Below, in pieces: positions 29,596 through 32,000 of a stretch of 32,000 bases of DNA (its first letter is position 1; each line of letters opens with the position of its first letter). The DNA is from Haloferax volcanii DS2 (GTDB lineage Archaea; Halobacteriota; Halobacteria; Halobacteriales; Haloferacaceae). The notes under the pieces are model-generated. The model did no database searches. It saw only the letters and a list, made by a program, of their open reading frames with translations, and was not told the origin of the DNA. The position numbers were made by a program, and so were the translations under genes. Location: NCBI RefSeq assembly GCF_000025685.1, contig NC_013967.1, positions 1,590,001-1,622,000 of the forward strand, in the 5' to 3' direction.

Positions 29596-30450
29596 ATGCA
29601 ACGACGCGCCGCGGTCATCTCCGTCGTGTTCTTCCTGGTCATCGGTGCCGGTGCATACTCGCTCATCGCGACTGCATCGACGCCGTCGGTCAGTTTCGAG
29701 AACCCAGAGTACTCGCTGGCACAGGGAGACGAGTTCTCCGTCCCCGGTAGCGACCAGACGTACACAGTGTCGTCGATAACCGAAGAGGAGGAGTCGGGCG
29801 GCCACGGTGGTGGGACCACGCTGGTCCGCTCCGGTGAACTCACGTACGTGAACGATTCGGCCCGGTACACGGAGGCGTGGGACAACGAGAGCACCGTCAC
29901 GCTCGACGGCACGGACTACCGTGTCGAAATCGCCAACGTCTCGGACCCCAGCGAGGCGACGCTGGTCGAACTGTACAACGAGACTGCAATCCTCCAGGCG
30001 GACTCGAACGCCGACAACGAGACCGTCACCCGTAACGGCGAGCGCTACGTCGTGGTCAACGACTCGACGCTCGTCTCGGTCGACGAGTACTTCCCGGCCA
30101 ACGAGACGCGCACCGTCGCCGAGGGTGACTCCTTCGACTACAACAACCAGTCTGTCACCGTCGTCGCCGTCGAGACCTCCGGCGTGACCATCGAGTGGTT
30201 CGCCCCCGAGGAGAACACGGTCGCCGTCGACAACGAGGCGAACGTGACGATTTCGGACCAGCAGTACCTCGCGTACTTCCCGGACGGCGAGACGCTCGTC
30301 CTGACGCAGAACTACGACAGCTACCAGACGCAGCTGTCAGAAATCGACCGCTTCCACGAGACCGAAAACGGCCTCTGGGGCGTCACTATCGTCTCGTTCA
30401 CCACGGTGGTTCTCCTCACCGGGATGGCGTTCCTCCCGTCGCGGTACTGA
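29596..30450 (+). CDS. membrane-anchored secreted protein rich in N-glycosylation sequons (284 aa from the ATG at 29596; alternative GTG at 29578)
   Basis: It has an N-terminal hydrophobic segment (AAVISVVFFLVIGAGAYSLIA) and a C-terminal one (VTIVSFTTVVLLTGMAFL). Nine N-x-S/T sequons are counted by eye. Confidence 0.7.
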   Translation: MQRRAAVISVVFFLVIGAGAYSLIATASTPSVSFENPEYSLAQGDEFSVPGSDQTYTVSSITEEEESGGHGGGTTLVRSGELTYVNDSARYTEAWDNESTVTLDGTDYRVEIANVSDPSEATLVELYNETAILQADSNADNETVTRNGERYVVVNDSTLVSVDEYFPANETRTVAEGDSFDYNNQSVTVVAVETSGVTIEWFAPEENTVAVDNEANVTISDQQYLAYFPDGETLVLTQNYDSYQTQLSEIDRFHETENGLWGVTIVSFTTVVLLTGMAFLPSRY

Positions 30451-30462
30451 ACGCCACGTCCG

Positions 30463-30693
30463 TCACCGTTTTTCGTGCGCCCCGCTCGCTTCGAGCCACG
30501 CGACTCCGAGTCCGACGGCGATAGCCGACAGCGACCCGAGTATCTGGAACGCCGTGACGACGACAACCGACTCGCTGGCGACGTAGCGCCACGGGGCTCC
30601 CACGAGCGTTCCGACACCGACGAGGACGAGGAACGCGCCGACGGCCAGCGGGAGCCACGACGCCGTCCACGCGAGGGGTCGACGACTCATCAT
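30463..30693 (-). CDS. small membrane protein with two predicted TM helices (76 aa)
   Basis: Hydrophobic segments are WLPLAVGAFLVLVGVGTLV and VVVVTAFQILGSLSAIAVGLGVAW. No homology is recognised. Confidence 0.45.
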   Translation of the reverse strand: MMSRRPLAWTASWLPLAVGAFLVLVGVGTLVGAPWRYVASESVVVVTAFQILGSLSAIAVGLGVAWLEASGAHEKR

Positions 30694-30825
30694 CCGAGAG
30701 ACTCGATGCGCGAGGGGAAAAGTCAGACGGCGAACCGGAGGTACGGAATGAGGCGGCGGAACGGTTCGGAACTGTGGGGCGAGGCGGACGGTGTTGGGAC
30801 TCGCACGCGTCGAACGAGCCCTGTC

Positions 30826-32000
30826 CTACCGCCGCAGGAAGTCGAGGAAGCGGTAGTCGTGGTCCGGCGTGTAGCTCCGGAACAGGAGGCTGTTCGTGAG
30901 GACGGACACCGACGACAGCGCCATCGCGCCCGCGGCGAACACCGGCTGGAGGAGGCCGAGCGACGCGAGCGGAATCATCGCGGTGTTGTAGCCGAGCGCC
31001 CAGAACAGGTTCTGCTTGATTTTGGCGAGCGTCCCCGCGGAGATGCGGATGGCTTTCACCACGTCGAGCGGGTCGTCGCGCATGAGCGTCACGTTGGCGG
31101 CCTCGATAGCCACGTCGGTGCCGGAGCCGAGCGCCGTGCCGACGTACGCGGCGGCGAGCGCGGGCGCGTCGTTGACGCCGTCACCGACCATCATGACTCT
31201 CGTGCCGTCGGCTTGCAGGGACTCGACGGCGTCGGCCTTGTCCTCGGGGAGGACGCCGGCGCTGACGTTGTCGGGGTCGATGCCGACCTGCTCGGCGACG
31301 GCGCGGGCGGTCCGCTCGTTGTCGCCGGTAATCATGTGGACGGTCGCGCCGCGGTCGCGGAGCGCGGCGACGGCCTCGGCGGCCGACTCCTTGATTTCGT
31401 CCGCGTCGGCGACGACGCCCGCGAGGTCGCCGTCGACCGCGACGAGCATCGCGGTCTTGCCCTCTCCTTCGAGGTCGCGGAGCGCGTCCTCGGCCGGCGC
31501 GGGGTCGACGCCCGCGTCCGAGAGGAGTTTGCGGTTGCCGACGAGGACGGGTTTCCCGTCGACGGTCGCGCGAATCCCGTGGCCGGGGACGTTCTCGAAG
31601 TCGTCCGGCTCCGCGAGGTCGAGGCCGCGGTCTGCCGCGCCGGCGACGATGGCGCGGGCAAGCGGGTGTTCGCTGTTGCGCTCGGCCGAGGCGGCGTACC
31701 GGAGCACGGCGTCTTCGTCGAGCGTCTCGTCGTCGGCGGTGACGACGCCGGAGCCGTCGGCGGCGGGGCCGACGGCGACCACGTCGGTCAGCGTCATCTC
31801 GCCTTTGGTGAGCGTGCCGGTCTTGTCGAAGACGACGGTCTCCACGTCTTTGACGCGTTCGAGCACGTCGCCGCCCTTGAACAGGACGCCGTTTTGCGCG
31901 CCGATTGCCGTCCCGACCATCGTCGCGGCCGGGGTCGCGAGGCCGAGCGCGCAGGGGCAGGCGATGAGCACGGCCGACGCGAAGACGACGACGGCGAACT
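30826..32000 (-). CDS. copA: heavy-metal (Cu+-type) P1B-ATPase, C-terminal ~390 aa; the N-terminus lies beyond the window
   Basis: Motifs seen: CPC (LIACPCALGLATP), DKTGTLT, SEHPLA, and GDGVNDAPAL. The reading frame stays open to position 32000 (…FAVVVFASAV-LIACPC). Confidence 0.9.
   Translation of the reverse strand, partial: FAVVVFASAVLIACPCALGLATPAATMVGTAIGAQNGVLFKGGDVLERVKDVETVVFDKTGTLTKGEMTLTDVVAVGPAADGSGVVTADDETLDEDAVLRYAASAERNSEHPLARAIVAGAADRGLDLAEPDDFENVPGHGIRATVDGKPVLVGNRKLLSDAGVDPAPAEDALRDLEGEGKTAMLVAVDGDLAGVVADADEIKESAAEAVAALRDRGATVHMITGDNERTARAVAEQVGIDPDNVSAGVLPEDKADAVESLQADGTRVMMVGDGVNDAPALAAAYVGTALGSGTDVAIEAANVTLMRDDPLDVVKAIRISAGTLAKIKQNLFWALGYNTAMIPLASLGLLQPVFAAGAMALSSVSVLTNSLLFRSYTPDHDYRFLDFLRR

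Noticed and set aside
29286-29912. 208-aa minus-strand ORF
   Set aside because: It is antisense to the sequon-rich membrane protein gene. It is Ser/Pro/Arg-rich and extends into the ambiguous region.

Overview
High-GC haloarchaeal chromosome segment. The 16S sequence looks Haloferax-like from memory, and the proteins are strongly acidic. Core content, left to right: a tRNA-Tyr followed by two tandem copies of its own 3' end; a long XPB/Rad25 helicase; a replication origin (10 ORB repeats plus an AT-rich unwinding element) abutting orc1/cdc6; a wHTH regulator; TBP; and a complete rRNA operon (tandem promoters, 16S, tRNA-Ala, internal promoter, 23S, tRNA-like leader, 5S, tRNA-Cys). Directly after tRNA-Cys lies a ~15.3 kb lower-GC accessory island (about 13460-28747). 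It is bracketed by an 11-nt direct repeat of the tRNA-Cys 3' end, and I found no integrase in it. Its cargo is the most interesting part of the window. One module has a long SWIM-domain protein and an ERCC4-only nuclease, divergent from an XPB-Bax1 helicase-nuclease pair. A second, co-directional run of seven genes has a COG1205/DUF1998 (MrfA/Hrq1-like) helicase, a short SWIM paralog, two MM3350/pRiA4b-ORF3-like proteins, a C2HC zinc-finger protein and two unknowns. The island also carries a stand-alone (HhH)2 protein and a TA-like bicistron at its left edge. I know of no described system with this combination and flag it as a candidate novel DNA-surveillance, defence or repair system. Right of the island are an ambiguous 0.8 kb stretch, a sequon-rich membrane-anchored protein, a small membrane protein and the 3' part of a CPC-type P1B ATPase. 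All family assignments come from motifs read by eye. No database search was run.
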